Shown here piece after piece: positions 51,200 through 64,000 of a DNA stretch of 64,000 nucleotides; within the stretch, counting starts at the first letter, position 1; every line of letters begins with the position of its first letter. The stretch spans positions 13,454,001-13,518,000 of the forward strand of contig JAQFVV010000006.1 in assembly GCA_028023455.1 (NCBI GenBank). Reading direction: 5' to 3'. The notes under the pieces are model-generated. The model ran no database searches. It saw only the letters and a list, made by a program, of their open reading frames with translations, and was not told the origin of the DNA. The position numbers were made by a program, and so were the translations under genes. The DNA comes from Epiperipatus broadwayi (Eukaryota > Animalia > Onychophora).

Positions 51200-51810
51200 A
51201 TATGTTCAAATCATAAATGCTTATATGCATAATATTTATATCTGAATAAAATAATAAAACTTATGTGTATATCCATACTTGATTAAATTATAAATGTCCA
51301 CAAACCTGGAATTGCTGATATTACCTGTTTACCTACCTGCAATGGTTTTTAAAATAATAAAATGCTACATGAATCATAAATGCTATATGCATGTTATCTA
51401 TATCTTGCTTGATTGGATTATAAATGCTCCACAAACCTGGAATTGCAGATATTACTTGTATACCTACCTGTAATGGTTCTTAAAATAATAAAATGCTACA
51501 TGAATCATAAATGTTATATGCCTGTTATCTATATCTTAATAAAATAATAAAACTTATGTGTATAAATATACACTTATACTTGACTAGATTATAAATGCTC
51601 CACAAACCTGGAGTTGCTGATATTACCTGTTTACCTACCTGCAATGGTTCTTAAAATAATAAAATACATAAATGCTTATGTGCATATTATTTAGATCTGA
51701 ATAAAATAATAACTTATGTGTATAAATAAATATACACGTATACTTGACTGGATTATAAATGCTCCACAAACCTGGAATTGCTGATATTACTCACTTACCT
51801 ATCTAAAATG
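51200..51810. repeat. Tandem array, four units of about 130-180 bp
   Basis: Recurrent attataaatgctccacaaacctggaattgctgatattacc at about 51288, 51418, 51589 and 51752. Confidence 0.85.
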
Positions 51811-52541
51811 GACATACAGATCTGGAACAAATAATTAAAAACATTCATGCATTAATTGGATACGTATTGTTACTTAAAAAGCTTCTAAACTTCTCATAAT
51901 ATGAACTGAAAATGAGTTTTCACATGGATACGAATAATGAACTATATTAGAAGGACTTGCTAATGAATTGTTGTTACGTAAAATTAATTTAATTGTTTAA
52001 TTTTATTTTGCATCACTAATCATTCATTGCATCTTGCTCACAAGAATCTCATGCTTCCTGAGCTAAGTTCAGCATAACCCGATGATGGTAAGAAAGGTTG
52101 TAGTGAGATAGAACTCTAGTGGCGCCGTTTGGGAAACCAAACACATAAATTTTTAGATGCTTCCAGTCTCTATGGTGCTACATCCTCTGATGAGCAGGAA
52201 ATATTGTTGTGGATGGGGTGGCGTCTGCATCGGGGACTGCCAATCGATAGTTCCATCCTGCAATATGCTCATCAGGAAATAAAACCAACAAAGAGTGGGA
52301 TTGGTCGTACGTCCGGTTACAATATATCCCCCCCCCTTTTATATATATTTGTATATAGAAGCAAGTAACGAGGTGTTTTTTTTTAATATAGATGTTTCTT
52401 GATTTTACAAAAATCTGTATATCATTTGTTGCTAATATACTATTAATCGCTACATCACAAGATTATGGAATACAGTTTTAGGAATTCACAGTTTGAAAAA
52501 GAAAAATATTAAATAAAAATTTGAGTATGGTAAATTGAATA

Positions 52542-52625
52542 GCAAAACTTTTTCCACAGTAGTGCTACCTAGTGCAAGGTTTACTAATCAATAGATGCTA
52601 GATCAAAGTGATCATGTGATGTCTT
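52542..52625. mobile_element. Family 1 degenerate inverted copy G
   Basis: gcaaaactttttccacagtagtgctacctagtgc...taatcaatagatgc followed by the sense end gtgatcatgtgatg. Confidence 0.5.
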
Positions 52626-55084
52626 AATATATAAATTCCACACTCGACTACCTATATGGATGACATTATCAGTCATCATTTGTCAGGCAGCCATAGACTC
52701 AGTCATGTGGTTGCTCTCTCCCTCTCACGATTTATTATTGTATCTTTTTATAACTATTTTTGTGTTAATTGTTTTTATTAGTGCCTTAATATGTATAATT
52801 TTTAAATTATGTCTTTTATTAGTGCCTTAATATGTATAATTTTTAAATTGTGTCAACATCATAAGTATGTATATACCGTATGTTAAAAATAGATATTTAT
52901 GTAGGATTAATTATTATCCTCAGATTATTGGAAAACTATAACCATTGATAGAGTTAATTTTGTAAATATTGTATTAACTGATAGAAAATGATAAATCTTA
53001 GTCTTTAATAAAATATCAAATCATTTAAATATTTATCATCAATAACAAACGTTAATGATTATATTCTATTATTTACTAATATATCATAGCAAAAATTAAA
53101 TAGAAGTATTAGAAAAATGCTATTAGCGCATGTTAAATATCTTATTTAATCTATATGGTACTCCTACAATACTTATGGGACTACCATAATGTTTTTTGAC
53201 TCCCTTTTTCGGAATGCTTTTATTTTTTTTTTTTACTCTTTCAGTAAGCAATAATTAAATAAAATTGTATTAGTCATTCCATTTACTTAAAAAATATAGT
53301 CTTTTTTTCTTAGACATAGCTGCACATGCTTTCGATATAGTTTAGCTACGTCTAAGAAAGAGACTAATTTATTATGTACAAAGAAAGTGGTTGTTAAAAA
53401 CATTTTGCCAATTATTATAAACAGAAAGGAAAAACTAATATTACTTATACACTAAATAAATGATGCAATGATATTCACACAACAGATTCAGAAAACGTCA
53501 GTTCTCAAGTCTGTAACTACTGTACTAAACCACACATCATATTGTGTGCACATACGTATATATTTAACAATTTCAAAAAGTCGTGAATAAATTATAGCTC
53601 ATCAAATATGTAACACTGATAGTATAAACCTATTCACGGGACAACAAAATCAAAAACATTATTATGATAATTTACAAGCCAGATTACCCAACAAATCGTT
53701 TAAAAGAACTTGCAGATAACACCGCTGTCTTATGTCAATGCTAATCTATTTGTCAGAAAGACAGACTGGCATTGATATAAGAAAATAGGCATTATTTGCA
53801 CATTCGTTTAATTAATACTTTGGGAATCTAGTTTGTGAATTATCTTAGTAATGTTTTTGAACTTGGTTTTTCTCAGAATAGGTTTATGTACATATTATAA
53901 CCCTAGTAGCAGGAGTATAAATTTTACATATTCAGATTTGAAGAATAACGTGTGTGTGTGCCTACGCCTATATATCTTTATAGCGATAAAAAAAGAGAAA
54001 ATAGGCACCTCGTAAGGCATTTTCAGATCATTTTAGTTTCACCTATTTTGAATCGTATGAAAATAAAATCTTATCAATTTTGATAGAAAATAGAATGATG
54101 AGTTTAAATCCAGGAAAAAGAATTGTGAATTAATATTTTATTTATTTATAAATGATCAAAGTTGGCAGAGAATTTTTTTTTTGTAATGAAGAAAAGAAAG
54201 CAAACTGCTATTTTTTTCTTTTGATAAAGAATACAAGGGAATATATTTCTCTAGACAAATCGTCATTATGGTAGGTGATACAGACAACAAAAAAAGATAA
54301 TCTACATTATAGTATATGTAATGGTTATTCCCATAGTCAATAAGCAGTTAGTCATTCAGTGGTCAATTTTGTTCCAGTATGGATTAATGGAATTCTAAAC
54401 TTCAAGATATACATTAAAGCAGTGGAAATGCGTCGTGTGGAGAAGAGTTTGCCTTGTGGCTAATAGAAATTGCAAAGTTTACATTAGAAGCTGTAATAAG
54501 TATTTTATTGTAGGCTAGGGAAGTTCAAGTAGCTCATCAGTTGGAAAACCCTGCGCATGCAGCCCAATCCAGTAAATATTGCGTATGTGAAATTATATTA
54601 TCATCTCTTATAATCTGCCAGTAAAAAGGATAAGAATTGGACTATGCAGCTATCTGAAGACATATGTATTTTGTATACTAATCCAACACTAATTTACATA
54701 TCCATTGTGTAAAGAAAAAAATATACGCTTCATGAAAATTATGAAAAGACCAACTGTAATTGCAGAGAAGAAAACCTATCTCAAACCTAGAATGGATAAC
54801 ATTTAACATTGGTTTTAACGGTAAGATATTAAAATATTAAACAGATGCATTTTATAAGATGGAAACGAGACTCTAAATTCACGCAGATTAAAAGAAATTA
54901 ATTACTGTGTAATGATATCCCGTATTTTTACATTTGAATTGCAAGTATAAACTCAAATTGAAAGTATATTAAATGAGTTATATTTCACTTCATATATATA
55001 TATATTAGAAGTAAAACTAAAATAGATGAACTGTGTTAAAAAAGGAAAATATTAATGATTCTATGTTTATTTTATAACTATATA

Positions 55085-55432
55085 TGAAATTATGGAGAGA
55101 TGCATGTTGGGAGTAACAAGAAGAGATCGAAAACGCTATATATGTATAAGAGAACAAACAGGTGTTACTGACCTCATTGAAAAAATTAAAAGACTGAAGT
55201 GGAGTTGGGCTGGACATATTGCTAGAAGAGATGATAATAGATGGACAACTGAAATCTTAAACTGGATTCCAAGAGATTGTAAAAGACCCAGAAAGAGACC
55301 ACATGTGAGATGGATGGATGAAATAAGAAAGTGTGCAGGGGTGATGTGGAGAAGAGAAGCTAAAGATTGGAGGAGATGGATTGAAATTGGAGAGACCTTC
55401 ATTCTGCAGTGGATTGATAATGGTTGATGATG
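55085..55432 (+). mobile_element. RTE-type LINE 3' end
   Basis: MERCMLGVTRRDR...KRLKWSWAGHIARRDDNRWT...RPHVRWMD..., followed by a (GAT)n tail. Confidence 0.9.
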
Positions 55433-56169
55433 ATACAAAATTACTAAACATGAAGTATGAATTTGATTGGAAATGGATTAATTAAGTATTATGTGATTAA
55501 TTTTTATATCTATATATGAAATTACTAATCAGGAAGAGAATGAAATGTATGAACGATTTCTTAAAATGATTTGAATAATTTTATGCTCGATTGAAAATTT
55601 ACATTATCTAGTTATAATTTAATTAACCTTTTTGTTTTATTAATAAATGGTTATCTTATTATTAATCCATTCATTCGTTTTTCATAAGATTAAATATTAT
55701 AACTTTAACCACACACATATGCTAGTTCATAAAAAATATCCACAACTCTGAAAACATGTGAACCATTAAGGGGAATGCAGGAATGGGGTGGTAATGATTT
55801 TTGAATCGATGATGATTGTTATCTTAAATAATTCTAGGTAAACATTCTTTTTTGAGGAGGTTGGGCACCTGGAGTTTCTTCAAATAGAAACCCAAAACAA
55901 ATAAAATACTTTAGAATGATTCTGATCATAAAACCATCATCATCCTTGTTGTTTAAATTAATTACCCCAATTTAAACCAGGGTTTATAAGATTTACAGAT
56001 ATATGTAATGGGTTATTCTTACATTTATCATTATAGATATATGCTTTTAGAACATGGATTAGCTTATATTTATTGTGTATATCATTGATTTGGGTTCAAT
56101 ATATATGCACATAGATTTGCATTTTATATCGATATATACACATGTGCAAAATTTTTTACCAACAATTTT

Positions 56170-57255
56170 ACAAAGAAATAAATGGAAATTATTCGAAGCA
56201 TTTTGATTTTGCCAGTAATGTGGTTCTTTTGTCAAATAAATGTTTCGGAGCTTGGAGAAATAATGCGAGAATTATCGGGTGAAAATAAAGTAGAATTCAA
56301 GGTAAATTCTAAAAAGACTATAGTAATGTTCAGTGGATTATCTTAGAAGAAGGAAAAAAGGATTCATAATCATGAATTAAATGTTAATATCCATAAATAA
56401 CTTGGCCAGATTACTGATCCAGATGAAAACATAATGGATGAATTTAATTAACTTGGTCCGCTTATTAATACAGATAGAAACATAATGGAGGAAATTAATC
56501 ATAGAATTAAACGTGGATGAAAGGTTTTTGGTAGAAATAACTTAATATTAAACGGATATATGCATATGTCATTATAATGGTCAAATATCCAATATAATTT
56601 ATTTGTCCACAATGTTGTCTCAAATACATAAATAAATAATCAATCAAACAAGATTGAAATAAACAACTATTAATAACTATATTTAAATATTTTCAAACCG
56701 GCTTCCATCTCCATTGAGACCTTCTCAATGGAGATGGAAGCCGGTTTGAAAATACTTAAATATAGTTATTAATAGTTGTTTATTTCGATCTTGTTTGATT
56801 GATTATTTATATATGCATATGTGTTTGAAAATGAATGCTTTAATGAATGTGCTTTACCAGTTATTACTTATGAATCTGAGACTTGTTCATGTGATGGAAG
56901 GCAATACAAAGACTCCAGATAACTCGATGAAGTATGGAGAAATATATATGTTAAAAGTAGCCCGGAGATCAAAACTGAAATACATGGGTGAAATAATAAA
57001 CAGATATCACGACATCGTTAAAAGCATTAAGCAACTGAAATGGAGCTGAGCTGGATATATTGCTAGAAGAAATGATAATAGACAATTGAAACCTTAAACG
57101 GATTACAAAAGATCTAGAAAGAGACCATATGTGAGATGGGTGGATTAAATAAGGAAATTGCTGGTATATTATGGTTTGGATCGGGGTAATTGGATTAAAC
57201 TTAGAAAGGTCTTCATTTCGGACTGAATCAACGATTGAAAATAAAGATAATGATA
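56170..57255 (+). mobile_element. RTE-type LINE, degenerate RT C-half and 3' end
   Basis: EEINHRIKRG*KVFG..., LPVITY.SET..., IKQLKWS.AGYIARR; interrupted at 56570-56808. Confidence 0.8.
56570..56808. mobile_element. Palindromic insertion of the Penelope-like 3' end into an RTE LINE
   Basis: Arms of about 88 bp (56632-56719, 56723-56810) with a 3-nt spacer; 14-bp TSD atatatgcatatgt (56556-56569, 56809-56822); homologous to 13530-13600 and 6300-6350. Confidence 0.8.
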
Positions 57256-60200
57256 CAATTCTCTACTTATTGAATATGGATACATAATTGTAAAAATTAA
57301 TAATCGAGCGTTATATATGTAAAATTCTGAAAGGAAGTACTTTTCGCATGCATTAGAAAATTGATATGCACTCTCCTGTCAATAATTATTTTAAAACCAG
57401 AGGTGGTCTACCTTTGGTTAGAGTTTATTCTTTAAATAAACCAACAATTATTGACTGTGCTTTAATTACGGTTTGAACTTATTATGAGCCTGATTTTTAA
57501 ATCTGTGTTTTACTTGCACAAGTTCAGTTTATAAATCACAGGAAAGAGAAAGTTTCTCATTGTTAATAATCCATGACACTGAATTTTATTAGTTTGTATA
57601 TATATATAATAATTAATCTTTTAACATGCATGTGAAGAATTGTTTCTTCCACAATTTTACATATATGTATATAAATCTCTATGTTATTTAATTACTAAAT
57701 AAAAACAAACTAATTCGATTGAGTGTCGCAGGTACTTAAAAATACTTGCTCTTCCCGGTGATATATAAACTGAGCTTGTGCAAATAATATGCAGATTTAA
57801 AAGACTCTGTAGTTTATGCCCTGATTTAAGCGCAGTTCAATAATTGTTGGTTTATTTAAAGAAGCTCCAACCAGAAATGGACATGGTTTTAAAACAATTT
57901 TTGACTGAAGTGTGCATGTTAATTTTCTAGTGCACGTATGAATAGTTCCTTCTATAATTATACGTACATAATTATACATAGTAGGCAGAATGTCTTAAAT
58001 AATTCATTGCAAAGTAAAGATAGGTTTAATATAGAAATATGGGTATTTTTGCTTATAACGGAAAAATTCTATATATCAATGTTCATACACATGTGTTATA
58101 TTAATTCACATACTTAATAAATCTATTTTATATATCTAAATTAAGTAAAAATATTAATCGAAGAAGTAATAGTACTCAGTTCATGTAACACGATTGGCTA
58201 ATGACAATCATTCCTGAGGAATAGGAAATTGAATTCAGGATATAATGATCTTTTTTGCTTTTTCCGATAGGTTAGTTTTAATAAATTAAAATAATTTGCA
58301 CTTGCTCAGCTTCAGAGTTAATTTATAAATATGAGCGGAATATATATATAACTAAGAACCTCCTATGATCATATGTACATATTGGCACTATGATTAATGA
58401 AAATTTGTATAATGATTGATTTTTGGGAGGACAACCTAAAGGAATTTGACTAATCTATAACCTAGAAATTAAAGATATCAGATTAGTCCTAACTGATAAA
58501 GGCAAAAACCTGAAACCGATCAGGGAATGAGGAATTAATTGCACTATCATTTGGAAAATCACTGATTATTCAATTTTACTATAGATGGGGCTAGAATAGT
58601 AGAACAGCTTCTGTAATTTATATTACAGTAAGCTGAAAGATGGAAGTGAAATTGTGATAGGATGTCAGATTGATTCCAGATCTAGTTTTCTAACTAATTA
58701 AGAGATTCCTAATAGGAAATTGATTTAGTGATCAGAAAGAATATGATTGGGTGCTTTATTTGGCCTTCAGATTTGATGGGTTTTTTTTTAGTTTCTTTCG
58801 CAAATGATCATAAACTAATTGAAATCTTATTTGAATTGTCCTGATGAATCCTATTATTAATATTTTGTTACGGAAATCATGAGCAAAGCAATAAGTAACT
58901 CTAAATACTATATAATATAAAATAGCCATGACATAGTCCCAGGATGAAAGCCTTTTCAGTAGTGCCTCCTAAAAGAAAAATGAACACAAGGCATTGTCAT
59001 ATTTTCTAGTTACCATATTGAACAATAAAAGAAAATTTTCAGTTATTCAGTCCAGATTTGGAACCAGGTTATAGGAATGCTTTGCACTATCGGCATACCA
59101 TGAAACGGAAGTTAGTCCTATAAAATATTTATTATTATTTTTAAGACTTAAATCATTTGCTACTTGTTGTGTTTACATGTAAACTATTTAATATTTGTTA
59201 TGTGAAAAAATGACATGAAGTTTAGTAGATGAAAGTATTATTTTACCGATGATAGTTATGTAAGCAAATATTGATTTGTGCTAGTTTATAACATGTCTGA
59301 CATTTTTTGTAGACTACAAAACATTGTATAGAAAGTTCACATGTTATTAAGAATTGGTATAATATATACTTTATAAAGGTAAACTGCAGTTTTGTTATAT
59401 TACATATTATATATATTATACGCAAACAGCAAATAATTCTAAAATATTGTACAACCCTCTTGGATTTAAATGGTGTTTTGGAAGTATTTCTAAATCAGTT
59501 GTAACAGGAAGTAAAAAACTTAGATGGACTTTGGAAAAAAGATAATGCAATAGTATATAATCTCTTAATCCTGTAGTGAGATGAATTATTTGCCAAATTT
59601 TAAATAAGTTTGAAAAAGGGGTACCAAAAAAGGTAATAAAATTAGATATGAACTAAAATTGATGTTTATCAGAAAAACTTTACTAATTTACTAAATGTTT
59701 GTAATGCCCCCCCTCCCCCCGGATTATTTATCACTTGATAAATAAACTTATAAGGGCTTTGTGATATAGCAATTAGTACAATTATATACTATAAGCATGA
59801 CTTGGGTTTTGAGTTGAAGTTTCATAACATTTAAACGTCATGAACAGGCTTTAGGTTGGCAGCCCATTGCCAACTCAGACAACCATCCAATAATGAACTG
59901 TAAATGCATATTTAATTAAATGGATAAAACAACCTATTTAATCAGAATTCAGCATATGAATAGCATTGTTTCACCTATGAAAATAAAAAATACCACTGCA
60001 ATGTGTGCGATCTTCGCTAATGCATTTTCTCGGGAGATCGTGTGACAATTCAGCTCCAGAAGTGAATGGTTGAACTTTGTTTTGGAAATTTTTAGTTCTT
60101 GAATCCGTCTCTTTTTCAATGCGTTGACGTGCATGGGTTCATTATTAATAATCCTGCTCCAAAACTTGAAAAAAGTATATTTCTAATGCATCTATACAAG

Positions 60201-62304
60201 GGGTGACCAAGCTTTTAGATGTTGGGGGAAACTTTTTTGGTGAATGCATACCTGAGGGGGACTACATTTTGTTCAAGGCTTTGAACCAGAAACCAGAAAA
60301 AAAAGTGTTATTTTTACTGGAATGAAAAAAATAACAGTTCGAGGTCCTATTTTCTTTTTAAATCTCTTTGGGGATTATTTGTTAGCTAGACAAAGTGTTT
60401 TAGAAAGTTCACACGTTTGTTGTTTTAAAATCAGTTCATTAAAACTCTTGAACTCCAAGACGAGTTATTTTCATTTCTCCGGGAAAAAACGGCTATTAAA
60501 TATTTCTAAGAATTTTAGCTGTAGCGTTACATAAAAATAATTTAATTCTTTTCAACTTCTTCCAACCTGGGTTTATTTTTGAGATCAGCAATAACAATAA
60601 GTATTATTTTAAATTTAACTATTTTTAGACGAGAATAATTTTGAATTTTTATTTTTTATTATTTTTATATTCAAATCAGCTCTGAATTTATCGCTATAAT
60701 TTGTCAATGTTCATGCCAGTTTCGCTGTCGACTGGTTGACCATGGTCGACAACTTGGTCACCCGTGATCTATAGGTGAGAGGGTTTGGCTTCTGGGCTGA
60801 TTGCTGGTTATAATAGGATTGAGCTAAGATTAAAATTGCATTTTTGAAATAAGAATATAATTTGAAAATAAAATAAAAATGTACAACTTTTACCCCACCA
60901 ATTATATACTGAATCAATTATTTGAATTTTGTCTCTGGCATTTCAACTATAATATATATTCTTTTTCAAGAATATATAATTTTTTATATGTTATGTTTAA
61001 AATTCAAAATATACTCATATTTTTATGATCCACATATATTATATGGCTAATTTAAACTTAATATTTTAAAAAATATAAAATTAAGATATGCATCAAAGAA
61101 TAAAAAATTAAAAAAAAAATTAATATTTATATTAAAATATAGGCCATTTTTTATTTACACAAGTAAACTGCAATTTCACAAACGTCAGGTTTACCCTTTG
61201 AGTGCATGTGAACCGTTAGCAGAATATGAAAATTTTTTTTTTTAACGAATGAAAATAAACATTACTATCATAGCAAATATTCGCACAATCATCATGCATT
61301 TTATCTTACATTATTCTGGGAATTGCTTATTTAAGCCTGATTTATAAAAATGAGGACTTTTTGATTATATGTATGCTACCAGCGACGTGTAAAAGTATTC
61401 TATAGAATGTGCAAATTTTTGTAGAAAAGAATAAAATAAACTTATTTTATTCTGCTATTATCCGGGATTTTAATAAAATTCCCGGCGTGATTCAGCATAC
61501 CAGTAAAGTATCAGATTCTGGAATGTCCTGCCCTCAAATGGATTCCAGTTTTGGTACTTCCAGGAGTCAAATATCTTACGAACTTCCAAGCAGTAAAGCC
61601 CATTTGATCGTTTTTGCCTAGGTTGTTTAGTGCAATGATGTAGCATAAGAATAGATAACGTCTTTTAATAAATTCCAATCGTGTTACTTCTTCCGCTCAA
61701 ACATCTTATGAACTTCCAAGAAATAAAGCTATTTGATTATTTTGCCCTATATTATTTAGTGCCACAATGAAGTGTCAAACTCTGGAATAGATCCTCGTAT
61801 TGTGGCGTTCAAACTTTTTATGAATTCCTGTATGTCTAGCTTTTTTTTTTGTTTCGACAGAATATAGCATAATACACAAGGAAGACACTTTAACTATGAA
61901 TTAAAGCTTATGAAATATATAGTAATTGAAAATGTAGTAGACGAGAGATCAGAAAATTAATGAGGTTTAAAATGGAAGATCTTGTAAGGTAACTTTTATG
62001 ATACTAAATGAAATCAATAGTATGAGAGGCAGGTTATCATAATATATCTTGAAAATATTGAATTAAAATGGTTGAAGAATAAATGCTTAATAACAAATAA
62101 GTTGGCCAGTAGGGGAAAATTATCGTTTTAGCTGCAACTTTGCCAAAAAAAAAGTCGGTAATTTACGAAATACCAAGGAAATGTCAGTTTTATTTTATAC
62201 ATTGATTTGAGGTTTTGAGCATTCTGAACAGTACCTAAGATTTTGAATAAAATTTTAGAATTCAATAATGTCACTCTGAAGGTTTGTAATGATGGTATAT
62301 TATA

Positions 62305-62437
62305 AGATGTGATATGTTGGACTATTTCCATCATTTATGAGTGGATGTAATAACACACTTGGACTATTTCCATCATTTATGAGTGGATGTAATAACACAC
62401 AAATAGACAACACAAGTTAGTCCAACATATCACATCT
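62305..62437. repeat. 19-bp inverted repeat enclosing an exact 42-bp tandem duplication
   Basis: agatgtgatatgttggact / agtccaacatatcacatct; unit at 62317-62358 and 62359-62400. Confidence 0.85.
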
Positions 62438-63371
62438 AATAATGTCGCTATATGTAAATTTGATACAGTACAGTGCTTTCTAAAAGCCTTTTATTTTTAT
62501 CATTTTATAACGACAGTTTGATCTTCGAGTCTCAAACTTTCTGCGCTCAGATCTTTGACAATATCCACTTTAGATAAATACCGTAATGATTATTGGCAAT
62601 TATTTGCTAGACTAGAGATTATCATATCATCTTACTATAGTCCCTGATTAGTTAAATTTTATTTTTATATATATAATTGTAATCTTGTTTATCAATCACA
62701 TTTTTTCATTAATTAAAGAGATATTTTAATTAAAGAGAATATTTTATTTTTCAATAAATCTTTCAAGTATTTTTGCTTTTCAATTTATTTTTGTTTATAT
62801 ATATAAAACAATATTTGTTTTTTTTTGCTTGTTTATTTGTTTTAAATTCCTCTTCCCCTTTTATAGTAGTTTAAGGAATTAATTTTTAATTCAACATTCT
62901 CTGCTTGTTTGAATTACAGAATTTCTTACATCTAAGTAAAAAAAATTGGAATCATGACAAATTTTACTGATTATAAACAAAAACTCACAAATAATTTATT
63001 GAAAATACAAAAGGAAATAGATTAATAGTGGAAAATCAAATATTAATTCAAATTAATAATTAATGTGAAGAATTCAATTTATTTTATTTTAATATTCTAT
63101 CAAAGTTTTGTTTGTGGACAGCACAGTGATAAATCAAATGGCTTTATTATTCAAGACTTCGTAAGAAATTTGATCACCAGAAGTGCTAAAATGGGAATCG
63201 ATTTGAAGACTTTACTTTTTACTGCTGTACTAAATTATACGGGGCAATTGTAAAATCAGGAATGACAATCATCTTGGGTATTTTTGGTTGCAGCATTGAG
63301 CGAAAGTTTTTTATATATATTTTAAACTATTACTGAAATTCAAAAATTAATTTTATTGTGAAACCATAAAC

Positions 63372-63707
63372 CAGGGGTCCCCAACCTTTTTGCACTTAAG
63401 AGCACATTCTATAATACCGACCAGATGGCGGGCACCATTTATTTTTTCCACTAGGTGGCGGGCACCATTTATTTTTTCAATGTAAATTTATAGTAGGATA
63501 TTGTTAATAATACACATAATGTACAAAAAAATATTTATTTCAAAAATAAAATTTTAACATATAATTAACGTTTATATAAGAAATTTTAAGAATTAAATTT
63601 ATTTGTATCAGATAAATAATTTTTTATCGTGTTCGGATAGTGGTGGGCACAGGTAAAATGGTCTGCGGGTGCCATGGTGCCCGCAAGCATAGGATTGGGG
63701 ATCCCTG
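63372..63707. mobile_element. hAT MITE copy 3 (internally deleted)
   Basis: Perfect 8-bp TSD ccataaac. Confidence 0.9.
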
Positions 63708-64000
63708 CCATAAACTTTAATCAGCAGGACTCGAGTTGAGAACCCTGACTGTATACAGTTTTAATCCTCCAAGGTTTTAAAACATTGTTTTGGTGTCAAC
63801 TCCTAGCACGGTTAAGTTTTTACAATGAGTTTATTAACATCTGCCACATTATTATCTATATACAGCATGAATTGACCATTCTAAGTATTAGAAATTCATT
63901 TAAAATTAGGGATTCCAGAAATTTTAATAGAGTAAGTTTTCAACACTTACCTGGAATCAAAATTATTAATTTGAATTTGGCCACTTACGCTAACCTGTTC

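Noticed and set aside
51200-51810. CRISPR-like array
   Set aside because: Eukaryotic context; the units repeat along their whole length with no unique spacers.
54495-54545. Hammerhead on the minus strand (CUGAUGA GCUA...UAGC)
   Set aside because: Helix II forms but GAAA and the NUH site are absent.
55092-55427. 111-aa ORF as a host gene
   Set aside because: It is the C-terminus of an RTE LINE reverse transcriptase ending in the element tail.
2079-63253. Most 60-150 aa ORFs in the supplied track
   Set aside because: Many use non-ATG starts, have AT-driven I/F/L/K/N composition, overlap repeats or introns, and show no domain motifs.
63065-63253. Signal-peptide exon of a secreted protein
   Set aside because: Starts at GTG, the nearby ATG is followed immediately by TGA, and the region is a copy of the 61.5-kb repeat.

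Overview
AT-rich, intron- and repeat-rich invertebrate (metazoan) nuclear DNA. One complete gene could be assembled by hand: a 6-exon C1QBP/p32 (MAM33 family) gene on the minus strand (24553-49614, 277 aa, all introns GT-AG with compatible phases). It lies head-to-head, with 313 bp between start codons, with the first coding exon of a plus-strand gene resembling TMEM120, whose later exons I could not find. The rest is mostly decayed mobile DNA: mariner, hAT MITEs with 8-bp TSDs, GG-ended 8-bp-TSD DNA elements, RTE LINE fragments and Penelope-like (RT + GIY-YIG) remnants. The most striking signal is a set of short non-coding elements carrying minimal type I hammerhead ribozyme motifs, in at least two and possibly up to four unrelated families. 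They repeatedly insert as outward-facing inverted pairs flanked by 11-14 bp target-site duplications, and some copy ends fall at the predicted self-cleavage site. This looks like a Penelope-driven, retrozyme-like system. Most ORFs in the supplied track are spurious.
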